Part shown: one piece after another, positions 47,296 through 57,873 of the stretch
Layout of the letters: each line of letters opens with the position of its first letter
Position numbering within the stretch: position 1 is the first letter of the stretch
Source of the DNA: an uncultured Candidatus Saccharibacteria bacterium
Lineage (GTDB): Bacteria > Patescibacteriota > WWE3 > UBA101185 > UBA10185
Assembly: GCA_964387275.1 (NCBI GenBank)
Contig: CAYLVW010000002.1
Location: forward strand, 127,286 to 191,285
Length of the DNA stretch: 64,000 bases
Direction: 5' to 3'
The notes under the pieces: generated by a model
Told to the model about the DNA's origin: nothing
The model's database searches: none
The model's input: the letters and a program-made list of their open reading frames with translations, nothing else
Position numbers and translations under genes: made by a program

Positions 47296-48227
47296 AGGTT
47301 TTGGGTCTGTTGCACTTCTGTGTTTTTGTGTGTCAGACCCTTTTTGTTTAGTTTGTATATTACAAAAATAGCAAGACCAATATTTATTACAAATAAGATA
47401 CTTTGGTAGTTTGGGACGTTTGGCTTAAGTATGATAATGAAACTTTCTAGAATATACGGAAGAGTTGTTGTATGGAGAACTATCTTTAAAGTGTCCATGA
47501 ATGAGTAACCAGTCTTAATAACCGAAGAGATTATGAAGACTACCACCGCACTAAACAAAGCATCTAGAAATTTTATAGATATATAAAAAACAAAACTTAT
47601 TCCAAGTACAACGAACAAACCTACAGTAGGTATGATGTAAGTTAATTTTTTTAGATTTTGGATTTTTTCTTCTACTTTATTTTTGTCCAACATAAAATCA
47701 GGAACATTCCTTGTTGGTCTGGTTTGTATTTTTGATGGGTCTTTCACAAGAATATTGGTTGAGTTTATTAGAATCATGGTATTGTACTTTTCCATGTCAT
47801 CAATAGTGCCTTTCTTATCAAACACTATTAAGTTATCAGGGAATTTCGTATTTTGCTCAGTCTCATACGACAGACCAGATTCTTTTATATAATCAGGCGT
47901 TTTTATTATGTAGGGGTCCTCCATGTTTGTTGTGATAACCCCATCCACAGATGTTATTACCAGGCTATCCGGATAAAATTTTGACACTTCCTGTAATGTG
48001 AGGTTAATTTTGTCGGTTATTCTATTTGCATCAAATGCCATGAAAGACCCTGCATATATGAATGCAATAATCATGCTTAATCCAACAAAATATTTATATG
48101 AGAAGCTAAATTTTGTTTCTAATATCTCGCTATAGTAGTCTACTGATACTAAGCTTTTTTTGAACGAATAAAGTAATGCCTTTATGTATTTCATATATGG
48201 TATGAGAGTCCATGTGCTATAAGGCAC
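47292..48227 (-). CDS. Hypothetical membrane protein with a large extracytoplasmic domain between TM helices (DUF1189-like topology)
   Basis: 311 aa: N-terminal TM, ~150-aa soluble domain, C-terminal TM bundle. Confidence 0.35.
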   Translation of the reverse strand: MPYSTWTLIPYMKYIKALLYSFKKSLVSVDYYSEILETKFSFSYKYFVGLSMIIAFIYAGSFMAFDANRITDKINLTLQEVSKFYPDSLVITSVDGVITTNMEDPYIIKTPDYIKESGLSYETEQNTKFPDNLIVFDKKGTIDDMEKYNTMILINSTNILVKDPSKIQTRPTRNVPDFMLDKNKVEEKIQNLKKLTYIIPTVGLFVVLGISFVFYISIKFLDALFSAVVVFIISSVIKTGYSFMDTLKIVLHTTTLPYILESFIIILKPNVPNYQSILFVINIGLAIFVIYKLNKKGLTHKNTEVQQTQNL

Positions 48228-48384
48228 ATATCTTCTCCAATTTCTTTGCAGTGGTATCTAAGCTTACCTCCAAAATTGTATAACTGCCTGTTTAACTTTA
48301 TTATATCCTATAAACTGTAGGGCGCAGGCAATAGGTTGATTGTAACATGTCTGATATAATTTTTTTGTTGATGTTAAGGATTTT

Positions 48385-51300
48385 ATGCTGAACTTTCGTT
48401 TGAAGTTCATACCACTCGCTGTGTTTATAATAACGGCTTTTTCAGTCGTGTTTCCCCGTGTAACTTTCGCTGCTTACGATGTTGCATGCGTTGCTGAAGG
48501 GGTTGCTGACTATATGGATGGAGTTCTAAGTCGTGCCACTCCTGGTAAGTTTAAAAACATTAGGTTTTTGACTCCAGCATTTAATATGACAGAGCCTCAG
48601 TTTGAAGAATTAGTCAGCGAGATTTCTGCTCTGTCCGGCACTTTTGCCAGATCAGATGTGGTAGTTAGTGGTAATGCTTACAATGTGGATGGGGCAAGTG
48701 TAGTTGATTGGATGGAAAGGGTACGTTCTACAGAAATTGCTAATAGGCCTGTTATCCTTACTGAGACCGGTTGGTATCCGCATGCAGCAGGCCAGGGTTA
48801 CACAAATGAGCGCGGTGAATCCTTACGTGATGCTTTGAACCAGGCTCGTAGCTCTCAAGGCCCTCTCGTTGGTGCTTTAATTTTTAACGGCTTTGGTACA
48901 AATCCTGATATTAATTTTGCAGGTCAGGTAATGAGTAATGAACAATTCAATGTTGTTTGTAACAGCGGAGCATGTGGTTTTATTGGCGTAAATTCTGCTG
49001 CAGGATTATTTGATAATTCTAATAATGATAGAGCTGCCGGCCTTGGAATGAAGATGACACTGGGGATTATAAATAATGATCCATCAGGGGTTGCCAGTGG
49101 TTCTAATAACGCATTAGCTAAAGGTATTACCCCAGTTCTTAGAATCGGTGTTGGAGATTCTAGCGGTGGTTTCGACACACCAGCAGCTCTATATAGTTTT
49201 ATGGAAGGATTGGACCCATTGTTAACCGGTGTTGTTTACATCATAGTAGGTCCTAACGAGCCTAATGCAGAGGGTTGGGCTGATCCTGACGGCCCTGGTA
49301 CTTGTGACAGGGACCAGCCAGATACCGGAGGCACTGCCGGATTTGTAACTGTAAGAGGAATGTTAAGAGCCATGAAAGGAACCCGAACTTTAAATGACGG
49401 TACTACCGCTCCTGTGACAAATCTTGGTGTTAAGAATGCGGCAATAAAAATTTATGAAGGTGTTCCTGATAGTCAAACTGGGAAGAGAAGGGGGGATTTA
49501 GTGAATCCTCCTGATGTTGCGACTTCCGGGGTAATCAATTTGACCCGAACTGATGAAGACGGATTTTTTGAGATACAAATGAGGCGTGGAAGTGGTAGAA
49601 ATAGAATGAATTACTTAGTAGTTTTTTGTCAAAATACAGGCACCCCTTCAGATAATATAACTACAATTTATGCATTAGATTCTACAAAAAATCTCGACGG
49701 ACTTATGCTTTATGAAGATTGTCCTCAGGATGTAACTACCCCAGATCCTCCCGATGAACTTCCTTACGTGTCACAAACAGATTTCTTATCTTGTGATCTC
49801 CCTAGTGTCGGAGATGAATTGTACAATTTATACAAAGGCTTTAACCAAGTTGCAAAAGGTTTGAGAACTTTTATTAATCTTGACGGTGTTACTGATGGTT
49901 GGTGGGTTGGTAAGGATTTGGATACTGTTCCAAATCCAAATGATGGTGTTCGTCAAGATGAAGAACTTACGCATGCCGAGATTGATGGGAGATATAACAC
50001 AAATCAATTTGCTTTTGATGTGAACTCCATATATGGGGCGTTAACATGTTTGACTGTGGGTTGTTTAGATGGTGATCAAGTGTTGAAAAGAGGTAATGGT
50101 GGTGTATTGCCATCATGTGATGTTTACAGAACTGGAAACGAAGCTTTAAACGCAAGGAATATGTATGGATTTGCAGAAAGTTTAGCTTCTCCAAGTTTTG
50201 GTATTCAAAGTGACGATGTAAAAAGATACATTTCTGTACGTCTTGACGGTACTTTAAGAAATAGAGAGATTTGTAATATTGATGGCCATAATTATACTTT
50301 TAGAGAATTTGCTATACCAACACAGTGGAATCAGGATGAAATTGCAGCTGCTATAGGAGATCATGTGTGTAGTGAGGGTGAACTTTTTTGTTTACCAGAA
50401 GAATACTTCCCTTGGAATAAATTAATCAATTTTTATAACGAATCTTTAGAGGCAGATACCAGGACAACAACCGAGAGGGATTCCTTTAACTCAGTTGAAA
50501 GGGATCGCGTTTTTGATGAAGCTAACAAGGGTTTGGCTCTAAGCTGTGACGGTCCTACTACGGATGAGGGTGCTTGTGCTACACCACCAAAAGCTTTTGC
50601 AGGCAGGGATGCTGTAGTATTACCAAAAGGCAATTTAACTTCCCCAATTGCGGCTGCAAATTCTGTTACCAGAGGAGCAAAAACTCCCGGAGTTGCTTCT
50701 CCCCTGGAGCTTATTTATGACCCAAAAACTGATGAAGATGAACAAAGCCTGGCAGAGGGAAAAATTACAAAGAAATTTACTACAGTTAGCTCTAGCAGTA
50801 GGGGTATCCTACGAATTGGTAAACCAAAATCTCTTTGTATTTGTCCTTGGCCCCTTAGAATCTTGGATTTATGCGGTAGTGCTACAAACGATCAACTTAT
50901 GAACTTTTTTGATACTAGTGTTACAGGGTATCTAGACACTTCTGCAAATTCATTAAGAACCTTTTTATACGGTGCTGGCTATTCTTATGTAACTAAGAAT
51001 ACCCTTGTCTCCGTAGGTACCGACAGTTTGGGTCAGTTTTTTGGTTACAACGTAGATATACTTACCGCAATTGTGCAGCAGATTTACGACAATATAATTG
51101 CACCATGGTTTGTGGGTTCTGACAGGGTGCCTTATCAGTATGGGGCTCAGTGTCAGGGTCAGTGGGTAGCAGCTTCCGAAGAGCAGGCAGCTGCATGCGC
51201 CCCTAATTGGCCTGATGACCCTGCTTGTATAACTCAAAATGGCTGCGGTGGTTGTAAATGTGTTGGTTCAAGTGCTACAACTTGCTCACAGTGGCAAGTA

Positions 51301-52431
51301 CTCGTAGATGATTATACTTGTTCGCCCTCTGTAGATGTACCACCAATTGACCCAGAGGTCTCTACCTCCATTCCACTTAGAAATCTAACTAATGCAGCGG
51401 GTAATTTTATGGCTGCCTTTAGAGGTCCTATAGATCCAAACCCAAGAATCCGAGATGCTGCTGCGGTTGGCACTGAAGCTACTGGTGTTACTACTACTAA
51501 TCAGGCGAAGGGTAACGATTTAAGTCTGGGGGAAAGTATTGTTGATTATTGGGATCAGTTGTCTCAATCTGTTTCTGATCCTAATTTTTCAAATAAGTTA
51601 TTTACATGGCGTAAGGTAATCAGAAATAGAGCGGCGCCTATAGCAATGCCTACAATAGAAGATACCATGTGTCAATTTGGTACCAACGATTCCTACAGAA
51701 GTATTCCAAACCTTCCAGATAATCTTATTGAGGTGTTAGAGGTAGCCGGAGATGCCTATCATGTACCTGCTCCACTTATACTCTCGTATATGTATGCAGA
51801 GGGTAGTTTTAACCCCACCTCCTCCAATCCCTTAAATGGCATGTGGACTGAGGATAATGTAGATTCTTGGATCAACGAAGGCATGGAAGAGATAAACGGT
51901 GGGGAGTACTGTGATCCTAATTCGGCTTCTCCGAATAATCCCTACAACCTAATCAGATCCAACTGGGATGCAGGATTAGGAAATGCTGTTTTGATAGACT
52001 TTCCAAATAGATCCCCTAACATATGTAATTTCTTAGATCAGACATATGCTGTCGCTCAGCTTATTTCCCGGATGAGTTATGTGGTCACAGAAGATCCTAT
52101 TTGTTTTGGGATTAATCTTGGTGAAGGGCTTCCTTGGCCAACTTCTTGCTCTGATTGGACAAAACAAAGACTAGTTATCGCTGCTAAAGATTACACAGCC
52201 TATGGTTATTGTTATGATAATATCGAGAGTGGATTTAGAGGTTCCGGGTGGAAAGAAGGGGACAGGCAAACCTTTGATCAGTGTTTCCCAAATACTAACA
52301 GTTGCAGGACAGTGTCTCTAAATGACCCCAATATACCAGATGCTAGTTACATTTTTAATGTTATAGATGTGTTTTGGCACTATACTCTCCCATCAATGCG
52401 TAACAGGATTTTAGGTTATACGTACCCATAG
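48385..52431 (+). CDS. Giant secreted cysteine-rich multidomain protein; N-terminal glycoside-hydrolase-like (clan GH-A-like) domain, possible lysozyme/transglycosylase-like segment near the C-terminus
   Basis: 1348 aa. Signal peptide MLNFRLKFIPLAVFIITAFSVVFPRVTFA. VILTETGWYPHAAG resembles the catalytic-nucleophile motif (ETGW) of GH-A enzymes such as GH17. Dozens of Cys. The segment YAEGSFNP...GMWTE is weakly SLT-like. G+C visibly higher than neighbours. Confidence 0.65.
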   Translation: MLNFRLKFIPLAVFIITAFSVVFPRVTFAAYDVACVAEGVADYMDGVLSRATPGKFKNIRFLTPAFNMTEPQFEELVSEISALSGTFARSDVVVSGNAYNVDGASVVDWMERVRSTEIANRPVILTETGWYPHAAGQGYTNERGESLRDALNQARSSQGPLVGALIFNGFGTNPDINFAGQVMSNEQFNVVCNSGACGFIGVNSAAGLFDNSNNDRAAGLGMKMTLGIINNDPSGVASGSNNALAKGITPVLRIGVGDSSGGFDTPAALYSFMEGLDPLLTGVVYIIVGPNEPNAEGWADPDGPGTCDRDQPDTGGTAGFVTVRGMLRAMKGTRTLNDGTTAPVTNLGVKNAAIKIYEGVPDSQTGKRRGDLVNPPDVATSGVINLTRTDEDGFFEIQMRRGSGRNRMNYLVVFCQNTGTPSDNITTIYALDSTKNLDGLMLYEDCPQDVTTPDPPDELPYVSQTDFLSCDLPSVGDELYNLYKGFNQVAKGLRTFINLDGVTDGWWVGKDLDTVPNPNDGVRQDEELTHAEIDGRYNTNQFAFDVNSIYGALTCLTVGCLDGDQVLKRGNGGVLPSCDVYRTGNEALNARNMYGFAESLASPSFGIQSDDVKRYISVRLDGTLRNREICNIDGHNYTFREFAIPTQWNQDEIAAAIGDHVCSEGELFCLPEEYFPWNKLINFYNESLEADTRTTTERDSFNSVERDRVFDEANKGLALSCDGPTTDEGACATPPKAFAGRDAVVLPKGNLTSPIAAANSVTRGAKTPGVASPLELIYDPKTDEDEQSLAEGKITKKFTTVSSSSRGILRIGKPKSLCICPWPLRILDLCGSATNDQLMNFFDTSVTGYLDTSANSLRTFLYGAGYSYVTKNTLVSVGTDSLGQFFGYNVDILTAIVQQIYDNIIAPWFVGSDRVPYQYGAQCQGQWVAASEEQAAACAPNWPDDPACITQNGCGGCKCVGSSATTCSQWQVLVDDYTCSPSVDVPPIDPEVSTSIPLRNLTNAAGNFMAAFRGPIDPNPRIRDAAAVGTEATGVTTTNQAKGNDLSLGESIVDYWDQLSQSVSDPNFSNKLFTWRKVIRNRAAPIAMPTIEDTMCQFGTNDSYRSIPNLPDNLIEVLEVAGDAYHVPAPLILSYMYAEGSFNPTSSNPLNGMWTEDNVDSWINEGMEEINGGEYCDPNSASPNNPYNLIRSNWDAGLGNAVLIDFPNRSPNICNFLDQTYAVAQLISRMSYVVTEDPICFGINLGEGLPWPTSCSDWTKQRLVIAAKDYTAYGYCYDNIESGFRGSGWKEGDRQTFDQCFPNTNSCRTVSLNDPNIPDASYIFNVIDVFWHYTLPSMRNRILGYTYP

Positions 52432-52473
52432 TTACTTTTTGACAACTAATAACATATAGATTATGATCTATAT

Positions 52474-52806
52474 GTGATTGATGGAAGATCCAAACATTTA
52501 GATAAATTTGTGTGCACTCATTGCTTTAGAGCACTTGGTGTGCCTACAAAGCTCGAGCTTTATACTTTTATTAAAGAACAAGGTAGGGTTAATGTAAAAA
52601 CTTTAGTTGAGTTTATTCACCTTACACAGCCCACTGTTTCCCACCATCTTCACGAGCTAGAAAACAGCGGACTTCTTAAAAGTGAGAAGGTCGGTAAAGA
52701 GGTATTTTTTCAAGTTACTGGTACTTGCAAAGTGCATAATTCTACATGCATTTTAAATGATATTAAAATTCCAATGAAGGATTCCACGGATGTTAAAAAT
52801 AGCTAA
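52474..52806 (+). CDS. ArsR/SmtB-family winged-helix regulator with Cys pairs; putative suf-operon regulator
   Basis: HTH LTQPTVSHHLHELENSGLLKSEKVGKEVFFQV; Cys motifs CTHC and CKVHNSTC; immediately upstream of sufC. Confidence 0.55.
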   Translation: MIDGRSKHLDKFVCTHCFRALGVPTKLELYTFIKEQGRVNVKTLVEFIHLTQPTVSHHLHELENSGLLKSEKVGKEVFFQVTGTCKVHNSTCILNDIKIPMKDSTDVKNS

Positions 52807-53512
52807 TCTTAAAGTATCTATTCCAGAAAAAGAAATTTTAAAGGGTGTTAATCTGACCGTTGGCGAAGGTAAGACCGTAGTGTTGATGGGGCAAAATGGA
52901 TCTGGTAAGAGCACTCTTGCCCAAACAATAATGGGCCACCCTTCTTACGAAATTACTCAAGGTACAATTACTTTTAATAACACTGTGCTAAATGATCTAG
53001 AGCCTGATGAAAAATCTAAACAAGGAATATTTTTGTCATTCCAGTATCCAAGTGAGGTTCCAGGTGTGACAATTTCAAGTTACTTGAGACTAATTTATAA
53101 TAAATCCCACAATACCAAACTATCTCCTGCACAGTTTAGAAAAATCCTAAGTGAAAAAATGGCTTTTTTGGAAATGAACGATGATTTTGCAACAAGATAT
53201 TTAAATGAAGGTTTTTCTGGGGGAGAGAAAAAAAGAATGGAAATGTTACAGCTACTTATACTTGAGCCTAAACTTGCAGTTTTGGATGAGGTCGATAGCG
53301 GGCTTGATGTAGACGCTTTAAAAGTAGTTTCTAAATCTGTGAACTTTTTAAAAGAATCTACAAACATGTCTGTGTTAATAATTACTCACTACACCAGAAT
53401 TCTAAAACACATTGAAGCAGATGAAGTCCACATAATGAAAGAGGGTAGGATCATTAAATCTGGAGACAAAAATTTAGCTCATGAACTTGAGGAAAAGGGC
53501 TATATTTATTAA
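52790..53512 (+). CDS. sufC: Fe-S cluster assembly ATPase SufC
   Basis: Walker [14 protein letters not shown] signature FSGGEKKR, Walker [11 protein letters not shown]; 240 aa; precedes sufB. Confidence 0.9.
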   Translation: MLKIANLKVSIPEKEILKGVNLTVGEGKTVVLMGQNGSGKSTLAQTIMGHPSYEITQGTITFNNTVLNDLEPDEKSKQGIFLSFQYPSEVPGVTISSYLRLIYNKSHNTKLSPAQFRKILSEKMAFLEMNDDFATRYLNEGFSGGEKKRMEMLQLLILEPKLAVLDEVDSGLDVDALKVVSKSVNFLKESTNMSVLIITHYTRILKHIEADEVHIMKEGRIIKSGDKNLAHELEEKGYIY

Positions 53513-53520
53513 CTAATATT

Positions 53521-54972
53521 ATGGGTAAGAAGTTAGATGATTTAAAAAAGCGCCCTGTAGTTGCCTCAAAATCTAAGCAGATTTCTGTTAATTCCAATTA
53601 TGAAGAGAAGTATGGTTTCCACATGCCTGAGAACTTTGTCTTTAAATCTAGAAAAGGCATTGATGAAGAAATTGTTAAGGAGATCTCCTTCCACAAAAAT
53701 GAACCTGAATGGATGACTCAGTTTAGACTTAACGCTTACGAAATTTTTAAGAAAAAACCAACTCCTGAGTGGGGAGGTAATTTAAAAGATATCAAATATG
53801 AAGAAATTTACTATTATTTGAAACCCACTGAAACAGAAGAACGAAAATGGGAGGATGTGCCAAAGGAAATGAAGGAAACTTTTGATAGACTAGGAGTTCC
53901 AGCCGCAGAAAAAGAGTACTTAGCTGGGGTAAAAGCTCAGTATGATTCAGAAGTTATATACGGATCTTTACGAAGTGAGCTTGAAGAAGAAGGCGTGATA
54001 TTTTTAGGAACAGATGAAGCTTTGAAAAAATATCCACATTTTTTTGAGGAGTATTTTGGTAAAGTTATTCCCCCACATGACAATAAATTCGCCGCATTAA
54101 ATAGTGCTGTCTGGTCTGGAGGCTCTTTTGTATACATACCAAAAGGAGTCCATGTCAAAAGACCCTTACAGGCATACTTTAGAATTAACGCCAAAAACAT
54201 GGGTCAGTTTGAAAGAACATTAATTATTGCTGACGAGGGTAGTTATGCTCACTACGTTGAGGGGTGTACCGCACCCGTATATTCTTCGAACTCATTGCAC
54301 TCGGCAGTTGTGGAGGTTATCGTTATGCCTGGGGCAAGGTTTAGATATACTACTATCCAAAATTGGTCCCCGAATGTCTATAACCTGGTAACTAAACGAG
54401 CCCGAGTTGATAAAAACGCCGTTATGGAGTGGGTTGATGGAAATCTTGGATCAAAACTTACTATGAAGTACCCAAGTTGTTACCTGGTTGGGGAAGGTGC
54501 AAGAGGCGAGGTTTTATCTATAGCTTATGGTGGGAAAAACCAGCATCAAGATGCTGGCGCTAAAATGGTCCATATAGCTCCAAACACATCAAGCATTATC
54601 ATTTCAAAATCTGTAAGCGCAAACTCCGGAAGAACCAGTTACAGAGGTTTAGTTGAAGTGTCTCCTTCTGCCCACGGTGTTAAATCTAGAGTTGAATGTG
54701 ATGCATTGATTTTGGATTCAGAATCAAGGTCAGACACCTACCCTGTTATGAAAATTAATAATTCTACTGCAAATATTGAACATGAAGCAACAGTCAGTAA
54801 GATAGGTGAGGAGAAGTTATTTTATCTTATGAGTAGAGGATTAACTGAAGCTGAGGCGATGGGCCTAATTGTCTCTGGTTTTATAGAACCTATTGTAAAA
54901 GAACTCCCTCTTGAATATGCAGTCGAACTAAATAGGTTGATTGAATTAGAAATGGAAGGGTCTGTAGGATAA
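53521..54972 (+). CDS. sufB: Fe-S cluster assembly protein SufB
   Basis: 483 aa, SufB/SufD beta-helix family with typical SufB length and the conserved C-terminal region ...SRGL.E.EA..L... Confidence 0.85.
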   Translation: MGKKLDDLKKRPVVASKSKQISVNSNYEEKYGFHMPENFVFKSRKGIDEEIVKEISFHKNEPEWMTQFRLNAYEIFKKKPTPEWGGNLKDIKYEEIYYYLKPTETEERKWEDVPKEMKETFDRLGVPAAEKEYLAGVKAQYDSEVIYGSLRSELEEEGVIFLGTDEALKKYPHFFEEYFGKVIPPHDNKFAALNSAVWSGGSFVYIPKGVHVKRPLQAYFRINAKNMGQFERTLIIADEGSYAHYVEGCTAPVYSSNSLHSAVVEVIVMPGARFRYTTIQNWSPNVYNLVTKRARVDKNAVMEWVDGNLGSKLTMKYPSCYLVGEGARGEVLSIAYGGKNQHQDAGAKMVHIAPNTSSIIISKSVSANSGRTSYRGLVEVSPSAHGVKSRVECDALILDSESRSDTYPVMKINNSTANIEHEATVSKIGEEKLFYLMSRGLTEAEAMGLIVSGFIEPIVKELPLEYAVELNRLIELEMEGSVG

Positions 54973-55562
54973 TGAAGTCTTTATTAATAAATTCTAATGA
55001 AAAACCCCACGTTAGTATTAGTGTTGTGGAAGATACGCAATATATTATTAGCCCTACTTCATTAAATCTTAATTTGGAACTAATTTTTGAAAAGAGTGAC
55101 ATTTCTGCGGAGATAATTTTTTTAGGAAAGCTTGGAGGTTCTGAAGAAAACTCCATAGTTACAACAACTGATCATCGTGTTCCAAGAACCTCATGTAATA
55201 CATTTGTTAAGAATGTTTTAATGGATTCTTCAAAATCAAAGTATGTAGGAAAGATTTTAATTAAAAAATTAGCACAACAAACAACTTCTTTTTTGCAAAC
55301 TAACACCTTAGTTATTGGTGATAAGACTTCAAACAACTCCCAGCCTATTTTAGAAATAGAGGCTGATGATGTTAAAGCGTCTCATGGATCTACCACAGGT
55401 AGGGTAGACTCTTCTATGGTTTATTATCTGCAAAGCAGGGGCTTTTCAAAGCAAGAAGCAGAAAGTCTTATAGTTGAAGGTTATTTTGCAGAAACTCTAA
55501 ATAAGATTTATGATCCAACTATAAGAAAAGAGGTAGCAGAAACCCTTGGTATTATTTTATGA
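54972..55562 (+). CDS. sufD: SufD-like protein, truncated (C-terminal SufBD domain only)
   Basis: 196 aa; C-terminus YYLQSRGFSKQEAESLIVEGYF parallels SufB/SufD C-termini. 1-nt overlap with sufB, 4-nt overlap with sufS. Confidence 0.5.
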   Translation: MKSLLINSNEKPHVSISVVEDTQYIISPTSLNLNLELIFEKSDISAEIIFLGKLGGSEENSIVTTTDHRVPRTSCNTFVKNVLMDSSKSKYVGKILIKKLAQQTTSFLQTNTLVIGDKTSNNSQPILEIEADDVKASHGSTTGRVDSSMVYYLQSRGFSKQEAESLIVEGYFAETLNKIYDPTIRKEVAETLGIIL

Positions 55563-56794
55563 GCAAGATTTTAAATCCAGAAAAAATTAAAAAAGACTTT
55601 CCTATACTTGAAAGAGTCATTAATGGAAACAAGTTGGTTTACCTAGATAATGGGGCAACCACACAAAAACCAAAACAGGTAGTTGAGGCTATTTCTGAGT
55701 ATTATTTAAATCACAACGCAAATGTTAACAGAGGAGTGCATACATTAAGTGATGAATCCACAGAGCTTTATGAAACGGCTCGTCAAAAAGTAGCAACTTT
55801 TATTGGTGCTAGAAAGACCACTGAAATCATAGTTACAAAAAATTCCACTGAGGCTCTTAATTTGGTAGCTGGGGGATGGGGATTGAGGAACCTAAATAGA
55901 GGGGACATAATTTTGATCTCGTCTCACGAGCACAATAGTAATATTTTACCCTGGAATGAGGTGGCTAAAACTACAGGTGCTGTAGTTGAAACATTTGATA
56001 TAGATGAAGATGATTTTCAAACCCTCTCGCAACTTCGAGCGCGTTTATCAAAAAAAGACGTTAAGGTGTTTGTTTTTTCGCATGCATCTAATGTTTTGGG
56101 CAATATCTCTCCAGTTAAAGAAATTTGCACTATAGCTAAAGAAAACGACGTAGTCTCAGTAGTAGATGGTTCTCAAGCAGTTCCTCACCTCCCGATTAAT
56201 GTAATATCGCTTGGGTGCGATTTTTATGCATTTTCTTCACATAAAATGCTTGGGCCGATGGGTGTCGGAATTTTGTATGGCAGGGAGAGGCTTTTAGAAG
56301 TAATGTCACCTATAAACTTTGGTGGTGGTATGGTATTAAATTTTGATTTGGAAAATCCCACTTGGCAAAAAGTTCCGGAGAGGTTTGAAGCAGGTACCCC
56401 CGATGTTGCCGGACTGGTGGGGTTAGGTGTTGCCATTGATTATTTATCTAAGCTTGGGATGGATGTTATACGGTCTCATGAAATAAAGTTATCTACGTAC
56501 CTTATTGAAAAATTAAGCCGTATCAAAAATTTACACATTTTAGGTACATTAGACCCGGAAAAAAGATGCGGGTTAGTATCATTTCATATTGATGGAATAC
56601 ATTCCCATGATATAGCTGCTGTTATGAATGCTAACGGAGTGGCTGTAAGATCCGGAATGCATTGCGCTATGTATTTACACAAAAAACTAAGCATACCTGC
56701 TTCAACCAGAATTAGTTATTACCTATATAATTCCAAAGAAGACTTAGACAAGGCTTTAGTATCTTTGGAGAAGTGTATAAAAATTTTAGGATAA
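55559..56794 (+). CDS. sufS: Cysteine desulfurase SufS (class V aminotransferase)
   Basis: PLP-Lys motif FSSHKMLGPMGVGIL; active-site Cys loop RSGMHCA; 411 aa. Confidence 0.9.
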   Translation: MSKILNPEKIKKDFPILERVINGNKLVYLDNGATTQKPKQVVEAISEYYLNHNANVNRGVHTLSDESTELYETARQKVATFIGARKTTEIIVTKNSTEALNLVAGGWGLRNLNRGDIILISSHEHNSNILPWNEVAKTTGAVVETFDIDEDDFQTLSQLRARLSKKDVKVFVFSHASNVLGNISPVKEICTIAKENDVVSVVDGSQAVPHLPINVISLGCDFYAFSSHKMLGPMGVGILYGRERLLEVMSPINFGGGMVLNFDLENPTWQKVPERFEAGTPDVAGLVGLGVAIDYLSKLGMDVIRSHEIKLSTYLIEKLSRIKNLHILGTLDPEKRCGLVSFHIDGIHSHDIAAVMNANGVAVRSGMHCAMYLHKKLSIPASTRISYYLYNSKEDLDKALVSLEKCIKILG

Positions 56795-56797
56795 TTT

Positions 56798-57184
56798 ATG
56801 TCAGTTGATTTTTACAGAGAAGAGATAATGGACCACTTTAAGCATCCTAACAATCGTGGAAGATTGCAAAATCCAACAGTGCACGTTAAGGAAACTAATC
56901 CAATGTGCGGAGATGAGATAGATCTGGATCTTGTTATAAATGATGGTCTAATTCAGCAGGTTGGTTTTGAAGGTCAGGCTTGCTCTGTTTCCGTTGTTTC
57001 ATCCTCATTTCTAACAGAGTATATAAAAGATAAGCCTATTTCTGAGCTAAAGAAATTAACTAAAGAAGATTTACTGACCATGATGGATTTAAATTTGTCT
57101 ACAAGTAGGATTAAATGCGCAACATTAATTCTTGAGGCATTATATAATGCTATTAATAAGTATGAAGAAGCAAACAAACACTAA
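56798..57184 (+). CDS. sufU: SufU/IscU-like Fe-S scaffold / sulfur acceptor protein
   Basis: HFKHPNNRG..., NPMCGDEIDL, and a C-terminal LSTSRIKCATL motif with conserved Cys residues. Confidence 0.7.
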   Translation: MSVDFYREEIMDHFKHPNNRGRLQNPTVHVKETNPMCGDEIDLDLVINDGLIQQVGFEGQACSVSVVSSSFLTEYIKDKPISELKKLTKEDLLTMMDLNLSTSRIKCATLILEALYNAINKYEEANKH

Positions 57185-57413
57185 AAACTTAAAAGAAACA
57201 CCAAAGATAGCTAAGGATATGAACTTAGCTAAGGTTATAGATCTCTATCCTGATACAGCCGAGGTATTGTTGGATTATGGATTACACTGTGTTGGATGTT
57301 TTGCAAATACCTTTGATACAATAGAGATGGGCGCAAAGATACATGGTATGTCTGATTCTGAGATTGCTGAAATGGTAGATCGCCTCAACGAAGTAGTTTT
57401 ATATAATGAGTAG
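57132..57413 (+). CDS. DUF1858-like small protein (possible Fe-S/disulfide-associated); real start probably the internal Met near 57222
   Basis: MNLAKVIDLYPDTAEVLLDYGLHCVGCFANTFDTIEMGAKIHGM resembles the DUF1858 pattern (..hP.t.evf...G.hC.GC..a.feslE.gA..HGi). The upstream 30 codons overlap sufU. Confidence 0.45.
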   Translation: MRHYIMLLISMKKQTNTKNLKETPKIAKDMNLAKVIDLYPDTAEVLLDYGLHCVGCFANTFDTIEMGAKIHGMSDSEIAEMVDRLNEVVLYNE

Positions 57414-57803
57414 TTGAATCTTTTAACAAATTCTATAAGAAAGGATCATATGAAATATCAAATTCAGTCCGACAATATGGAATTAACTCCAAGTATGTCA
57501 GAACTAGCTAAGTCCAAGTTAGAAAAACTTTCCAAGCACTTTCAAACTGCTGGAGATAGTTCATACGTAAGAGTTGTTATGAATTCTGCACCGGTTGATT
57601 CTTTTGAAGTAAAGATAAACATCGAGATAAATGGTAAAACTTTTTTTGGTGACGATACAAATTACTCCCTAGAATCGGCACTTATAAATGCGGTAGATGA
57701 ACTGGGCAGGCAATTAGATAAGAGTAAGGACTTAGAAGAATCTGAGTGGAAAGACAAAAGAGAGGCTAAGAGATCTCTTGATGTGCTTGAAGAGTTGGAG
57801 TAG
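57414..57803 (+). CDS. hpf: Ribosome hibernation promoting factor (HPF/RaiA/YfiA family, short form); likely start at the internal MKYQIQ near 57450
   Basis: MKYQIQSDNMELTPSMSELAKSKLEKLSKHF...VRVVMNS...EVKINIEINGKTFF...SLESALINAVDELGRQL matches the HPF beta-alpha-beta3-alpha pattern. Confidence 0.75.
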   Translation: MNLLTNSIRKDHMKYQIQSDNMELTPSMSELAKSKLEKLSKHFQTAGDSSYVRVVMNSAPVDSFEVKINIEINGKTFFGDDTNYSLESALINAVDELGRQLDKSKDLEESEWKDKREAKRSLDVLEELE

Positions 57804-57873
57804 GAAAGATATTGCTAGAAAACTCATAATACTGATAGAATCACCGGCGTGTGGTAAAATCTCACTACGATTT

